A DNA stretch of 64,000 nucleotides from Squalus acanthias (GCA_030390025.1 CM059433.1:8744001-8808000), one strand, 5' to 3'; shown: positions 25,342-38,289, counted from the stretch's first letter. Program-made: numbers and translations. Notes: generated from the letters alone by a model not told the origin.

Positions 25342-25925
25342 AAGAACAACAGAACATAAGAAACAGGAGCAGGAGTAGGCCATTTGGCCCTTCGAGCCTG
25401 CTCCGTCATTCAATAGGATCATAGCTGATCTTCTACCTCATCTCTACTTTCCTGCACTGATGCCGTATTACCTTTGCTACTTTCGCTGTCCCTTCCTGAC
25501 CCACTCTGCTTATTTTTACCCCAAATTCTACTCTAGAGCCTTGACATTTTTCTCGCTGCTTTTAAATTTATTTTTTCCTGAATCCTCCCATCCCCCTTGA
25601 TTAGTTTAAAGCCCTGTCTACTGCCCTAGTTATTCGGTTCGCCAGGACACTGGTCCCAGCCCAGTTTAAGTGGAGCCCGTCCCAACGGAACAGCTCCCTC
25701 TTTCCCCAGTACTGGTGCCAGTGCCCCATGAACTGAAACCCCTTCCTCCCACACTCTGAACTGAAGTTCCTCAAGATGCAGGCACTTACTGCTAACGTGG
25801 TTGTCCGGGATCACAATGCTCTCCACAAACTCCCACATGCTGCAGTTGAGGCACACCACCTGCACTGCCATCCCTATATGACCTTGTTTTATTTAATTAA
25901 ATTTAATTAAATTTGTATTTAGGTA
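25342..25925 (-). mobile_element. Internally deleted CR1: ORF1 N-terminus, ORF1 esterase end and 3' tail
   Basis: MAVQVVCLNCSMWE..KCLHLEELQFRV and FMGHWHQYWGKRELFRWDGLHLNWAGTSVLANRITRAVDRALN* (SGNH-type DGLH motif), next to a CR1 3'UTR. Confidence 0.65.
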
Positions 25926-25939
25926 ACTTAGTTTACAGT

Positions 25940-27560
25940 CAACCCGCCTCCACAGGAGTCTCTCAGGTGTCGGGTCTGTCAGCGTTGAACAGACCCGACA
26001 CCAAGCAGCGGGGGAGGCAATTCACATCATTAAATGGGTTGTTAACATCCAATTAACTGTTATTTTAAGCCTACATTTCAATTTTACGTGTTCCCCCACG
26101 GGCTACCCACTGCTCGGGGAACACGTCAGCTCAGCATGTCGTGAGTGGATTCAGCATTGAATTATCTCATGACCTGACAGCTGCCAAAGTTGTATAAAAG
26201 ATCCCATGTTACAGCTGTTCACTTTCAAAGCTCAGAAACTGTTGGTTACTGCATTTGGAAGACAGATTGAGCTTTCTGCAGCTTGCAAGTGTTTGGAGCC
26301 AACTCTCTATTCAGTGCCACCTCATTGGAACAACCTCTCTCACCACTGACAGATCGCTCCTGTCATCTCAACCTCACCTGCCATCTATTGCGTCAGCATC
26401 GTTGCCCTTGAAAATATCTCACCTTGGTCCTCAGAATCCCACCACAAGCAGTCACAACACCAGCAGCACCAGGCACACCAGCATCACCAACAACAACACC
26501 AACCTTCTCCACAATCAACTGATGATGCACAGGACACAGGGCATCAGCACCCGACCACATTGCTGCCCGGGAGGCCAGGGATGGCCTCACCATGGCCAGA
26601 TTTACTTCACTTGACGCTGTACACCCTGGCTGCCACATGATGCACCAGGTTGACACCACCCCACACCAGCACCATAAAGTATCCCTACCATGCCCAAGCC
26701 ATTCCTTTCACACTCGTCACCATTGCGGGGAGTGGGGTGGGGGGGGGTACCGTTATGTGTCACCATTCACTACAACTCACTAAGCCACTTCCAAAGGTGT
26801 ACACAAATCTGTCCAAGAACGCAAAGTGCTGAAAATAAAGATTTCAATATTTGACAGCACATTACCAGAAACTTCACATGAACATTGGCTAAACCACCCA
26901 AGTGTGTTGTTAGTTGGTATGCTTGCAGTAGGATGAGGGTGAGTGTGAGGGCTGGCTAGTGAAATGGGGAAGTGATAATGTAGATAGAGAGAGAGGGATG
27001 GGTGGAGGTGCAAGGTAAGTTGGTGTGAGTAAGGATGTGCAGGAGTAGGGTAGGGAAGGCAGAGTGATGGGGATGTGATGAGAGGCACAGCAGGATGAGG
27101 TTGAGTGTGGCTTTGTACTAACATTTCGTGATCTACTGAGATCATTGAAACTTTTGCGGCACTGCACCCAGGTCCTCCTGACAACATCTCTGCTTGTGCC
27201 CTCCTCTGAAATCTGTAACCAGGCTGTGTTGATCTCCTGGAGAGGTCTCTTCTGCCCATGGGAAGGGAAGAGGACCTCCTTGCGTGCTGGGACTCCCTCC
27301 ATAAGCATAGGGAGGGAGTCATGGGGGAGCCTGGGTGCAGCCCCGCACCTTTGTGCAGTGCTTGTCAGTGTTTGCAGCACCTCAATGCTGTAGAACACTG
27401 ACAGCTTCCTCTAATTGGCCGGGAAACACGCTGGGCGGGGCTTAACAAGCCCAATCAATGTAAATTAATTTCACAGAGCGGGCTGGAGCCACCAGCGGGG
27501 TCGGGATCCGCCACCGATATCGCCCGGCACGGACCCACCGAGGTTAGTAAAATCCCGGCC
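25940..27560 (-). mobile_element. PIF/Harbinger deletion derivative with Myb/SANT-like ORF remnant
   Basis: Terminus gtaaaatcccggcc; ORF 26910-27398 AAPRLPHDSLPMLMEGV..REVLFP-like..AWLQISEEGTSRDVVRRTWVQCRKSFNDL (trihelix/Myb pattern); paralogue at 39022-39880. Confidence 0.7.
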
Positions 27561-27574
27561 TGTGTTCCTAGTTA

Positions 27575-28190
27575 GGGGTCCACGTACAGAAATCACCAAA
27601 AGCTGGTGGACTGGTGCAGAAAATAATTCAAAAGGCTAATGGAATGGTGGCCTTTATCACAAGAGGGCTGGAATACAAAGGGGTGGAAGTTATGCTGCAG
27701 TTGTGTAAAGCTCTGGTTAGATCCCATCAGGAGCTCTGCGTTCAGTTCTGGGCACCACACACCTCAGGAAGGAGATATTGGCCTTGGAGGGAGAGCACTG
27801 CAGATTCACCAGAATTATGTCAGGGCTTAAACGGTTAAATTATGAGGACAGGTTGCACAGACTAGGCTTGTATCTACTTGTAGATGGAGTTAAGATACAG
27901 ATCAGCCGTGATCTAATTTATTGGTGGAACAGGCTTGAAGGTCTGAATGGCCGACTCCTGTTCCTATGTTCCAATTACCAATCCTCTTTCTTTTGTGTTA
28001 TCAGCAAATTTTGAGATTGTGTTCCCCAAAATCAAGTTCACATCATCAGAGAACAAAAGTGAACCCAGCTCTGCACACTGGGGTGTACCATTTCCAACCA
28101 TTCTCCAACCTAAGCAACATCCATATGCCCGAACTTTTTTTTCCGGTATATCAACCAAATTTCTACCCACACTGCTACATTTAGTTTTGC
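27575..28190. mobile_element. Degenerate CR1 fragments (plus 27575-27968, minus 27970-28190)
   Basis: QKANGMVAFITRGLEYKG and GNTISKFADNTK motifs. Confidence 0.7.
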
Positions 28191-28715
28191 ACAAGTAAGG
28201 AGTGTGATGGAATACTCTCCACTTGCCTGGATGAGTGCAGCTCCAACAATACTCAAGAAGTTCGAAACCATCCAGGACAAAGCAGCCCACTTGATTTGCA
28301 CCCCACCCACCACCTTAAACATTCACTCCCTCCACCACCGGCGTACCGTGGCTGCATTGTGTACCATCTACAAGATGCACTGCAGCAACTCACCAAGGCT
28401 TCTTCGGCAGCACCTCCCAAACTCGCGACCTCTTCCACCTAGAAGGACAAGGGCAGCAGGCGCATGGGAACACCACCACCTCCAAGTTCCCCTCCAAGTC
28501 ACACACCATCCTGACTTAGAACTATATCGCCGATCCTTCATCGTCGCTGGGTCAAAATCCTGGAACTCCCTCCCTAACAGCACTGTGGGAGCACCTTCAC
28601 CACACGGACTGCAGCGGTTCAAGAAGGCGGCTCACCACCACCTTCTCAAGGGCAATTAGGGATGGGCAATAAATGCTGGCCTTGCCAGCGACACCCACAT
28701 CCGAAATACGAATAA
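28190..28715 (+). mobile_element. CR1-group (Zenon-like) LINE 3' fragment
   Basis: AQVRSVMEYSPLAW..IQDKAAHLI..LHHRRTVAALCTIYKMH..SKSWNSLP; paralogue at 45125-45680. Confidence 0.8.
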
Positions 28716-29401
28716 AACATTTTTTTTTTAAATGCCTCATTTTTTCTAATAAGCCCCTTGTGGAAGCAGTATTCAAGTCTGGAACAGATGTGGATTTTAT
28801 AAGCACAGGGTTCCTCTCTGTGCTATGTGTAATTAAATTGTAAACCCGCTCTTTATAAATGAGTTTATGTTTTCATTACACCTAAGCCCTGATGTTGTTT
28901 GGTTTTGCCAGAGAGCTTTGTGCAAACATGCCATGAGTATCCAACCCCTTTCCAAATCCAACAATGCTTTTTTTGCCAGTCAGTATCCTATTAGTATTCT
29001 GCCATGGCTTAGAAATCTCACACTTGCTGCATAATAACCTCACCAAGAGTAAATGAGGTGATGAATCCAAGTTATGGGATGGTTTATTCCCAGTCAGTAA
29101 TAAAATGCAGAGCTAAATATCCCTCAGGGCACAAGCAGCAACACGTATGGAACCACAAATCTGTGTTCATTTTCTTTGCTTTTTTCCCCCCAAAGGCCAT
29201 CAATACTGAATGGAAGCTGTGTTGAAACAGGTAGCTTAATCTACTAGTTGAACTCAATCTCTCGATCTCCTGTCATTGTGTTTTTTGTCCCAATGCTGCA
29301 GTTTTTACATTTCGTCAGTCTGTTATATTTTGTGCCTTGGCAAAAATGTGTTTGCTCTGAATTTCATTGTACGACTGGTGCACTTTTTTTCAGCTAAAAG
29401 G

Positions 29402-29798
29402 TGTCCGCATTGGCTCAGTGGGTAGCACTCTCGCCTCTGAGTCAGCAGGTTGTGGGTTCAAGTCCCACCCGAGAGAGTTGAGCCCGTAATCTAGGCTGAC
29501 ACACCCAGTGCGGTGCTGAGGGAGTACTGCACTGTCGGTTAAACCGGGGCCCCGTCTGCCCTCTCAGGTTGGTGTCGCAGATCCCATGGCCACTATTCAA
29601 AGAAGAGCAGGGCAGTCCGCCCCCATGTCCTGCCCAATACTTATCCCTCAGCCAACATCATTAAAACAGAATATCTGTATTATCTCCTTGCTGTTTGTAG
29701 ACCTGGCTGTGTGCAATTTGCCTGTTGTGTTTCCTACATTACAGCAGTTGTAAAGCGCTTTGGGACATGAAACGCACTATACAAATGCAAGTCTTTCT
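29402..29798 (+). mobile_element. DeuSINE (SacSINE1-like) tRNA-headed SINE
   Basis: A box tggctcagtggg, B box ggttcaagtccc, Deu-like core, and L2-type tail aatgcaagtctttc. Confidence 0.75.
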
Positions 29799-29942
29799 AA
29801 TAATCTTACCCCTTCTCTCAAATTGCTTTGACACATTTAGCTTGCAGTACCCTTGATGAGGTGAGGCCAAGGCACTGTTAATCAGGCTGAATTGTATTCA
29901 GTTTTAGGCGGCCAATATGGCATGAAATATTCTTCAGTGGAA

Positions 29943-31345
29943 TAAGAACATAAGAACATAAGAAATAGGAGCAGAAGTCGGCCATACGGCTCCTTGAGCC
30001 TGCTCCACCATTCAATAAGATCATGGCTGATCATCTACCTCAACTCCACTTTCCCGCCCGATCTCCATATCCCTTGATTCCCCTAGAGTCCAAATATCTA
30101 TCTATCTCAGCCTTCAATATACTCAAAGGGCTGGATTTTGTCAATGGGAAGCTTTTAGAGGCGGGACTGCTGCTTGCCAGCTTTCAATCCTGCCTCCATC
30201 AACTTCTGGCCAACCAGCGGGATTTTCCCCTGATTGACCTTGTTAAGCCCGCCCAGCGAGCTCAGCAGGCCAATTAGGGGGAAGTCACTGACAGAGCACG
30301 TCAACGTCTGACGTGCCATCTGTGAAGATTTCTTGAAAGAAGAAATGTCAGCGTTTGACAGCTCTGTGAAGCTCTGTGAAGCTGTCAAACACTGACATTC
30401 TGTGTAGTTTGATGAGTCATTGTGTTCAGGACTCATCAAACCTTTCAACTTTGCAGAAATCACCTAGCTGTTGGTTCAGAGGATCCAACAGCCAGTCTGT
30501 GAAATCTACATTGAAGATGTCGGGACTCCGGATCCACAGCGGCTGAAGGCTGTAGGCAGAAACAAAGGTAAGTGAACATTTTATAACACTTAACACTCAC
30601 CTTACATACTTACCACTCCACACTTGCACCCATCACTCACCTCTACATCGCACTTTCAGACCCCTCCGACCCCCGCAGACCTCCTACTCGTCTCCTCCAA
30701 CCCGGTGGGGTTCTCAGAGGTCGGGAAGCCTGCACTTCGGAGCTAAAAATGGGGATAATCCTATTTTCTGCCTGTTATAACTACCTGTTAACAGGCAGTT
30801 AATAGGATTTAATCCCTTTCCCGCCTCGAGGAGACGGGACCCGGGGCAGGACGGCTTCCCGCCTCCTGGCAAGAGGGCACGGAGGCGGGATGGGGGCGGG
30901 TTTGCCAGCCACCCCCAAATCCTGCAACTTTACCGGCAGTCCCACCTCCATACCCACCTCCTCGGGGCTGACAAAATCCAGCCCAAAGACTCAGCATCCA
31001 CAGCCCTCTGGGGCAGAGAATTCCAAAGATTCACAACCCTCTGAGTGAAGAAATTCCTCCTCATTTCAGTCTTAAACGGCCAACCCCTTATCCTGAGACT
31101 ATGCCCCCTAGTTCTAGACTCTCCAGCCAGGGGCAACAACCTCTCAGCATCTACTCTGTCAATCCCCCTCAGAATCTTGTATGTTTCAATGAGATCACCT
31201 CTCATTCTTCTAAACTCCAGAGAGTATTGGCCCATTCTACACAATCTCTCATCATAGGACAGCCCTCTCATCCCAGGGAATCAATCTAGTGAACCTTCGT
31301 TGCACCGCCTCCAAGGCAAGTATATCCTTCCTCAGATAAGAGACC
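29943..31345 (-). mobile_element. CR1 3' fragment split by an H3 MITE
   Basis: (aagaacat)n tail; ORF 30930-31271 is a CR1 C-terminus. Confidence 0.9.
30128..30984 (+). mobile_element. Harbinger-type MITE, family H3
   Basis: Perfect 16-bp TIR gggctggattttgtca/tgacaaaatccagccc; 3-bp TSD AAA confirmed by the restored host CR1 sequence atatactcAAAgactcagc. Confidence 0.9.
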
Positions 31346-32718
31346 AGAATGAAGACCAGAATGAAGTGCATGCAGCGTACAACTGTTTACCCCTTACCCC
31401 AATTTTTACAAAGAAATCATTAACTAGCTAATCTCCAGTAGCATTGCTTACAGACAAAAATAAAAATACCGCATGCGTTTCTTTTTTCCTGGAACTGACT
31501 CCTCGCTTATCTCCCACTGTCTAACTCTTTGTCTCCCTCGCTTTGTTTTTCATTTTGTCTTCTATCTACTCTGTCTGTCTGGCTCTCTCTCCATCTAGTT
31601 ATCATACATGCTAACCTAGAAAACTAGCGAAAGCTTGCCAACCGCTTCAATAAATCTGACAGCTCACAAAGACAGCACTGTATGTAAACCTATGGCACGT
31701 GAAGCCAAGGAGTTCGACTGAGTCCAGTGAGACGTGGCCTTGTTACAATCTACGCTGCGGGTCACAGAGTCATAACGAGTCATAGATTCATAATGGCACA
31801 GAAGGAGGCCATTCGGCCCATCGAGTCCGTGCCGGCTCTCTGCAGAGCAATCCAGTCAGTCCCATTCCCCCACTCTATCTCCATAGCCCTGCAAGTTTAT
31901 TTCCCTCAATATTTCTTTATTTTTATTGCAGTACGCAGTTAGGAAAAGTGATGATTCAGAAATTACTAAAGGGCGATATCAGTGATAAAGGCAGCAACAT
32001 TATTTTCTCTGAGGGCATGGCCCCAGAACACTTTGATTGTTGACACCTTATTGTCATTTTGGAGCCGACCGTAATTCTGAATGTGAATCTCAGTACAATT
32101 TTTTTAATGAAGTAAAATGCATCATAGCTCCAAACCCATTCCCCATATTATTTCCAAACCGTGACTATTTCACAAGCACAATGATAGAAATTGCCAAATG
32201 AAACCAGTTCGTGCCTTCAGACCAGGGAAACATCCACCTTATGTCACAGAAGCAATTGCAACCAGTATTCTGAAGAAAATAATTTCACATAAGACAACAG
32301 CCAGACCTACGAAGAACTTGACGTTTTCAGAAGCTGCACTTCAGCAGTTTATTCGTCTTTTATAACCTATTTGGGGACAAACATGAACTAAACAAACCTG
32401 CAACTGCAACAGAAATCAACGGCTCATTTTCTTTTTTTTTTGGCCTCAAGTTTGTGCATAACAAACAATAGGAGGAAATAACATCTGACTAGTTCCAGTC
32501 ACATCCTCCAACCTATCTGGTTCTGACAGACTCCTGTCCCAACTTTCAAAAGATTTGAATGGTTGATAGCAACAGCCTCAAATGCCACTGAATAAGCCTG
32601 ACTTGTTTTCTCGTAAAACACTGGCATGATGACGTGTGAGTTGCCTGCCAGCTTGTAAAGGTGATAATTGGTGTGTATCCCCTCCCCTCGAGGCACACTT
32701 GAGGCTCCGACCCTCTGA

Positions 32719-33141
32719 TCACAGAATCCCCACAGTGCAGATAGAGGCCATTTCGGCCCATCGAGCCTGCACCGACACATATCCCACCCTATCCCCATAA
32801 CCCCACATATTTAATCTCCCCTAACACTAAGGGTCAATTTATCATAGCCAAATCAACCTAACCCGCACATCTTTGGACTGTGGGAGGAAACCGGAGCACC
32901 CGGAGGAAACCCACGCAGACACAGGGAGAATGTGCAAACTCCACACAGACAGTCACCCGAGGGCCATATTCGAACCCGGGTCCCTGGCGCTATGAGGCCA
33001 TGATGCGGAGATGCCGGTGTTGGACTGGGGTGGACAAAATTGAGAGGTCGCACAACACCAGGTTATAGTCCAACAGTTTTATTTGAAATCGCAAGCTTTC
33101 GGAGCTTACTAACACAGTGCTAACCACTATGCCACCGTGTT
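32719..33141 (-). mobile_element. V-SINE (HE1-like) with a nested PLE family B fragment (~32999-33109)
   Basis: tRNA head tggcatagtggttagc..ggttcgaat and V-domain gtttgcacattctccctgtgtctgcgtgggtttcctccggg; paralogue at 40517-40806. Confidence 0.8.
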
Positions 33142-34034
33142 GCCCTAACATATGTTGATAGACATAGAAGCAATTTTGTTTCTCCCTGGATCTGAAACCA
33201 CAGCTCTCCTCCAGGCCATCAGCTAACCCTAAATTCCCTTGGTAGGAAGCCTGACCATCACAGCCCCACTCAAATGCTCCAAGGAAGCCAAACGGTTTAA
33301 AAGCAGGCAGCGCATCTCGCCAAACTGCTGCGTACCACGCATGGCTGAGAGAGAAACTGGGTGGCCTTGTAGCTGGGCCGAAGCAAAATGCGTTTGACTT
33401 GGATCTGGGAGGGAGTGGTAGAGGAGACAGGATAGTGGGGTCTGGATGAAGGCTGAGCCAGGGTGGGCCTTTGGAGCAGAGCGGGCAGGCTTTGTGGGCG
33501 TACGGGACTGTAACTGTATACATTTAAAAAAAAATATTGCAGCTGGGCTCCCGAGACCAGTTGAGTTTTTCTAAATCTTGATTGAAGTATTCGTCTGCTC
33601 GCTGCATCTTCCCAAAGCTGAGACTCGGCTGCAGCCAGGTGGGTGGAGCCCAGAGCACTTTGTCCGTGGTGGGCGGAAAACAGATTGCAACAAGATCAAG
33701 GTGGGCCTCGTCTCAGGCAGGCAATTAACAGAGCGCTTTGTGAAAGCAGTTATGTGTCATCAACAATTTGCCTGTCTTTGGGCCTGCTGCACAAGTATCT
33801 ACGCCCTTAACCCGGGCCGCAGAAAATGGGGCTTGAGTTGGGCTGGGCCATAGAGTACAGCAATTTGGACAAAGCAGATGCTCGCTGCTGGTGGGGGGAG
33901 TGCAAAAAGCAGGGTCAAGACTGTTGATGACGTTCAGTGGTTACTTCGCATCATATGTGTAGGAGAAGGGGAGTTGCTGGAGTAAGTACAAGAAGGGATG
34001 GGTAAGTTTGGGGGCAAATTTTCTTTTAATAAGT

Positions 34035-34610
34035 AAGAACATAAGAAATAGGAGCAGGAGTAGGCCAATTGGCCCCTCGAGCCTGCTCCGCCATTCAATA
34101 AGATCATGGCTGATCTGATCCTAACCACCAATCTACTATCACAGAACCATCTCCTGAACCTAACAGAATTGGACACACGAAATAGGAGCAGGATCAGGCT
34201 ACACGGCCCCTGGGCCCGCTACGCTACCCACAGGGCCATGACCGATCCGAACCTAGACTCATGTCCAAATTCCTGCCCGCTCCCCGTAACCCTTAATTCC
34301 CTTTACTTCTAGGAAACTGTCTATTTCTGTTTTAAATTTATGTAATGATGTAGCTTCTACAGCTTTTTGGGGCAGCACATTCCATGGACCTACCACCCTC
34401 TGAGTGAAGTAGTTCCTTCTCATCTCAGTTTTGAAAGAGCAGCCCCTTATTCTAAGACTATGCCCCCTAGTTCTAGTTTCACCCATCATCGGGAACATCC
34501 TCTCGCAACCACCCGATCAAGCCCCTTCACAATCTCATATGTTTCAATAAGATCGCCTCTCATTCTTCTGAACTCCAATGAGTAGAGTCCCAATCTACCC
34601 AACCTCTCCT
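34035..34610 (-). mobile_element. CR1 3' fragment with duplicated 3' terminal module
   Basis: ORF 34259-34498 is a CR1 C-terminus; aaataggagcagg..ggcccct occurs twice; same structure at 54327-54656. Confidence 0.8.
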
Positions 34611-34618
34611 AACGTGAT

Positions 34619-35639
34619 AAATGTTATTTTAGGCTATAATGGAATGGTGTGGAGAACTGTCATCACAACTGTGTGCACGGGAATTTTTTTTTCGTGGAAT
34701 ACGACTGGGAGAGAAAAAGTTGGACGGGGGGGGGGGGAGGGGAGCGAGGAAAGATTTTATTTCATTATGATTGAGATAACAAAAGTCCAAGATATTGGCC
34801 CGTATTTTCCGATGCCTACAGGTGGGTACGAGCTGTGTACCCATCTGTAGGGACATCGGAAATGCCGGTTTCAGGCATGCCAAGCGCACGCGCTGAAAAC
34901 CGGCATTTCCGATCTGTCAAGAATTCGCTGGAGAAGGGCCTCTGCGGGGGGAGAGTTCCGCTTTCTGGAGAACCTCCGCCCGCTGAAATCCCTTAAAAAT
35001 CTTACGCCTGGTAAGGCTTGCTTTTACCAGCATAAGAGTTTAAAAAAGTAAAAAATATATATTTTTTTCCACTCATTTATAATTTAAAAATACTTTTAAA
35101 AAAAGGTAAGTTTATTTTTAGCCCCGTAAAAAACTTTGATTATTTTTTTCAAAAAATTAATTTTTGTTTAAAATATTTAATTTAATGTAATTTTAACTCA
35201 TTTTAAAAACGTGATGGGTTTTTTACAATTGATTTAATGTTTTGATGTGTTTTTGGGGTGATCCCCATTCATATATTTGACAGGTCTATCTGTCAAAAGT
35301 ATGAAGGGGGATCCCCTTCTTTCATTGGCTGGCCTGGCCCACGTGATCCCAGGGACGCTTGTGAACTGCCTGCGCCCCTGGGATACGTGGGCATTTCTGA
35401 TGTCCCTATGGGTGTGTACACAGCCCGTACCCATCCGTAGGCATCGGAAAATACGGGCCATTATTTTGGACTTTTGTTATCTCAATCATAATTAAATAAA
35501 ATCTTTCCTCGCTCCCCTCCCCCCCCCCCACCGTCCAACTTTTTCTCTCCCAGTCGTATTCCACGAAAAAAAAATTCCCCTGCACACAGTTGTTATGACA
35601 GTTCCCCACTACATCCCATTATAGCCCAAAATAACATTT
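34619..35639. repeat. Long inverted repeat (~180-bp outer arms) enclosing a MITE
   Basis: 34619-34796 is the near-identical reverse complement of 35460-35639. Confidence 0.9.
34797..35459 (+). mobile_element. Harbinger-type MITE, H1-related subfamily
   Basis: TIR ggcccgtattttccgatgccta (imperfectly extending ~70 bp), TSD ATT, AT-rich core, hairpin at ~35260-35312. Confidence 0.85.
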
Positions 35640-36139
35640 CTACTGTGGAGAGGCCCAGGAGCGGAAGTGTCCGGACCTCGGGAGCCCTCAGGTAAGAGCG
35701 TAGATTTTTTTCTGATAGGAGGCATCCGCACGCAGGAAGCCTCCGATCGGAAAATACGGGCCAATGAATTGGAGAACAGAAAAAAACGCAGAGATATTAC
35801 ACAGAGGTGACTGACAAGCGTGCAGAAACTTGACACTGCAGTGCAGAGCTTCCAAGCGACAAAGTTCACATAGAAACACTTAACGCTCTCGCACTGCATT
35901 CCTGCATGCACTGTCTTTATACAGGCGTTAACCCACTTAAAGTAAATGCCTGTGTAAAAATAGTGCACACACAAATGCTGCACGTGTGTTTTAAGCATTC
36001 CAACTTGAACCTCACTAATTGGACGTTCTACCCTGACACCCTAACACTGTCGGCGGGGGTGGGGGGGGTGGATTTTACAAATCTGCGCTCCTGGCACACA
36101 GCGATTTGTGTTGGGAGTGCAAGTTGAGAATTGAAAAAG

Positions 36140-36621
36140 GAAAAGAATGAAAGAACTTGCATTTCTATAGCGCCTTTGACGACCGCAGGGCGTCCTAAAG
36201 CGCTTTACAACCAATGAAGTACTTTTTGAAGTGTAGTCGCTGTTGTTATTGTAGGAAACGCAGCAGGCAATTTGCGCACAGCAAGGTCCCACAAACATTA
36301 ATGAAATAATGACTAGACAATCTGATTTAGCGATGTTGGTTGAGGGATAAATATTGGCCCCAGGGCATCGGGGAGAAATCCCGCCCCCCCCGCTCTTCTT
36401 CGAATAACGCCTTGGGGATCTTCTTTGTCCACCTGCGAGGGCAGGCGGGGCCTCGGCTTAACGTCTCATCCGAAAGACGGCACCTCCGACAGCGCAGCGT
36501 GTCACTCAGCACTCGCCCTGAAGCGTCAGCCTAAATCATGTGTTCAAATCTCGAGAGTGAGACTGGAACCCACGAACCTTCTGACTCAGAAGCAAGAGCT
36601 CCAGCGCTGAGCTACGGCTGA
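36140..36621 (-). mobile_element. DeuSINE (SacSINE1-like)
   Basis: Reverse complement of 51519-52005. Confidence 0.8.
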
Positions 36622-36837
36622 ATTCAAGTGCCGGGCCTGCAGGCCCCGAGGGATTTTCCACCTGTCAAAATGAAATGGACGCAGTTCTTGCTGGGGCCTG
36701 CTGAATTTCGATCCTGAATTGTGAATATCCATTTCCAGTGGGCGAAGCCCTGCGGTAGGAGTGGGAATCAGTCAAACCCACTCTTATGATTGAACAATCC
36801 AGTTGGACAGACATGATTGTTACCAAAACAAAAAAAG

Positions 36838-37254
36838 CCTATACTCTCTGGAGTTTAGAAGAATGAGAGGTGATCTCATTGAAACATACAAGATTCTGAG
36901 GGGGATTGACAGGGTAGATGCTGAGAGGTTGTTCCCCTGGCTGGAGAGTCTAGAACTAGGGGGCATAGTCTCAGGATAAGGGGTCGGCCATTTAAGACTG
37001 AGATGAGGAGGAATTTCTTCACTCAGAGGGTTGTGAATCTTTGGAATTCCCTGCCCCAGAGGGCTGTGAATGCTGAGTCTTTGAGTATATTCAAGGCTGA
37101 GATCGATAGATTTTTGGACTCATGGGGAATCAAGGGATATGGAGATCGGGCGGGAAAGTGGAGTTGAGGTCGATGATCAGCCATGATCTTATTGAATGGC
37201 GGAGCAGGCTCGAGGGGCCGTATAGCCGACTCCTGCTCTTATTTCTTATGTTCT
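36838..37254 (+). mobile_element. CR1 3' fragment
   Basis: Near-identical to 9190-9610. Confidence 0.9.
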
Positions 37255-38289
37255 AGTAGATAGATGTATCCCAGTGATTTTTTCTTTTCTTTTAAGAAGA
37301 AAGAAAGACTTGCATTTATATAGCACCTATCACGACCGCAGGACGCCGGGTATGCACCACAAGTTACTGTGATCTTTCTGCTTCTGTGAAATGAGCTGTT
37401 AGCTTCAGCTCAAATAATAAAGTCGAACGCTGCGAATATTTACCGCCATTCGGTGGACAGAACACCGCAGTAACTTCAGATGTAAAGTACCAGGCTAAAC
37501 GGGTGATTGTTAATCCCGGGGCACACTATCCTGTTCATGTCACGGATAAAAGTTTCAGATCATAAGGAGGTGCAGGTCTGCTAATGCAAACTGCCTTCTT
37601 GGTGTGGCCATGAGATTAACGTGTTAGGAGAAAGCCTGAATTGTAACAGTTCCACCTGGCTGAGACTGTGCACCTCATTAACCTCAAGTGCCGTTTCCTC
37701 AGAGGGCCACATGCATTGAAAATTGCTAGTTTGGAAACACTTGATTACATCCCCAGAGCACTCTGCCTGTCTGCTTCACATATCCCGTAATGTCAAGATT
37801 TTAAATCACTTTAATGTGTTAATGGGCTATTAATGGACAGCAGAACCCACACATGCACGTACACTCTGCCCCTCTCATATGCTTTCCATTGCCCTGTGTC
37901 TGCGGCCAGATAAATTCCCTTGTTAAGTGCAAGATCTCCCATAGATATACAAGCACTGGAATGAAGCACTCCATTGTGCAGGAGTAGCTCGCTTTTGTAA
38001 CATTTAGAAATATTTGACAGTTCAGATAAGTACACTTCATGTTTAATGTAAGGAGTGATATTGTCCTGTTGACTTATTCTGGCAGTCCTTCACTCATTTG
38101 TTACCTCAGCTTGTTTCGAAGCTGCAAAGTCGCAGGAGCACACTGTTTTTGGTCATTGCAATCTGCGAGAATGTGAGTTCATCAGTGGTAATGATCAATA
38201 GCAATCCTGACGCACCTGTGTTGTTCTTTTTCATTCTCAAGCCACTTAACCAGTGTAAGTGTTAAAAAGTTCATAATCCACTCTATGGA

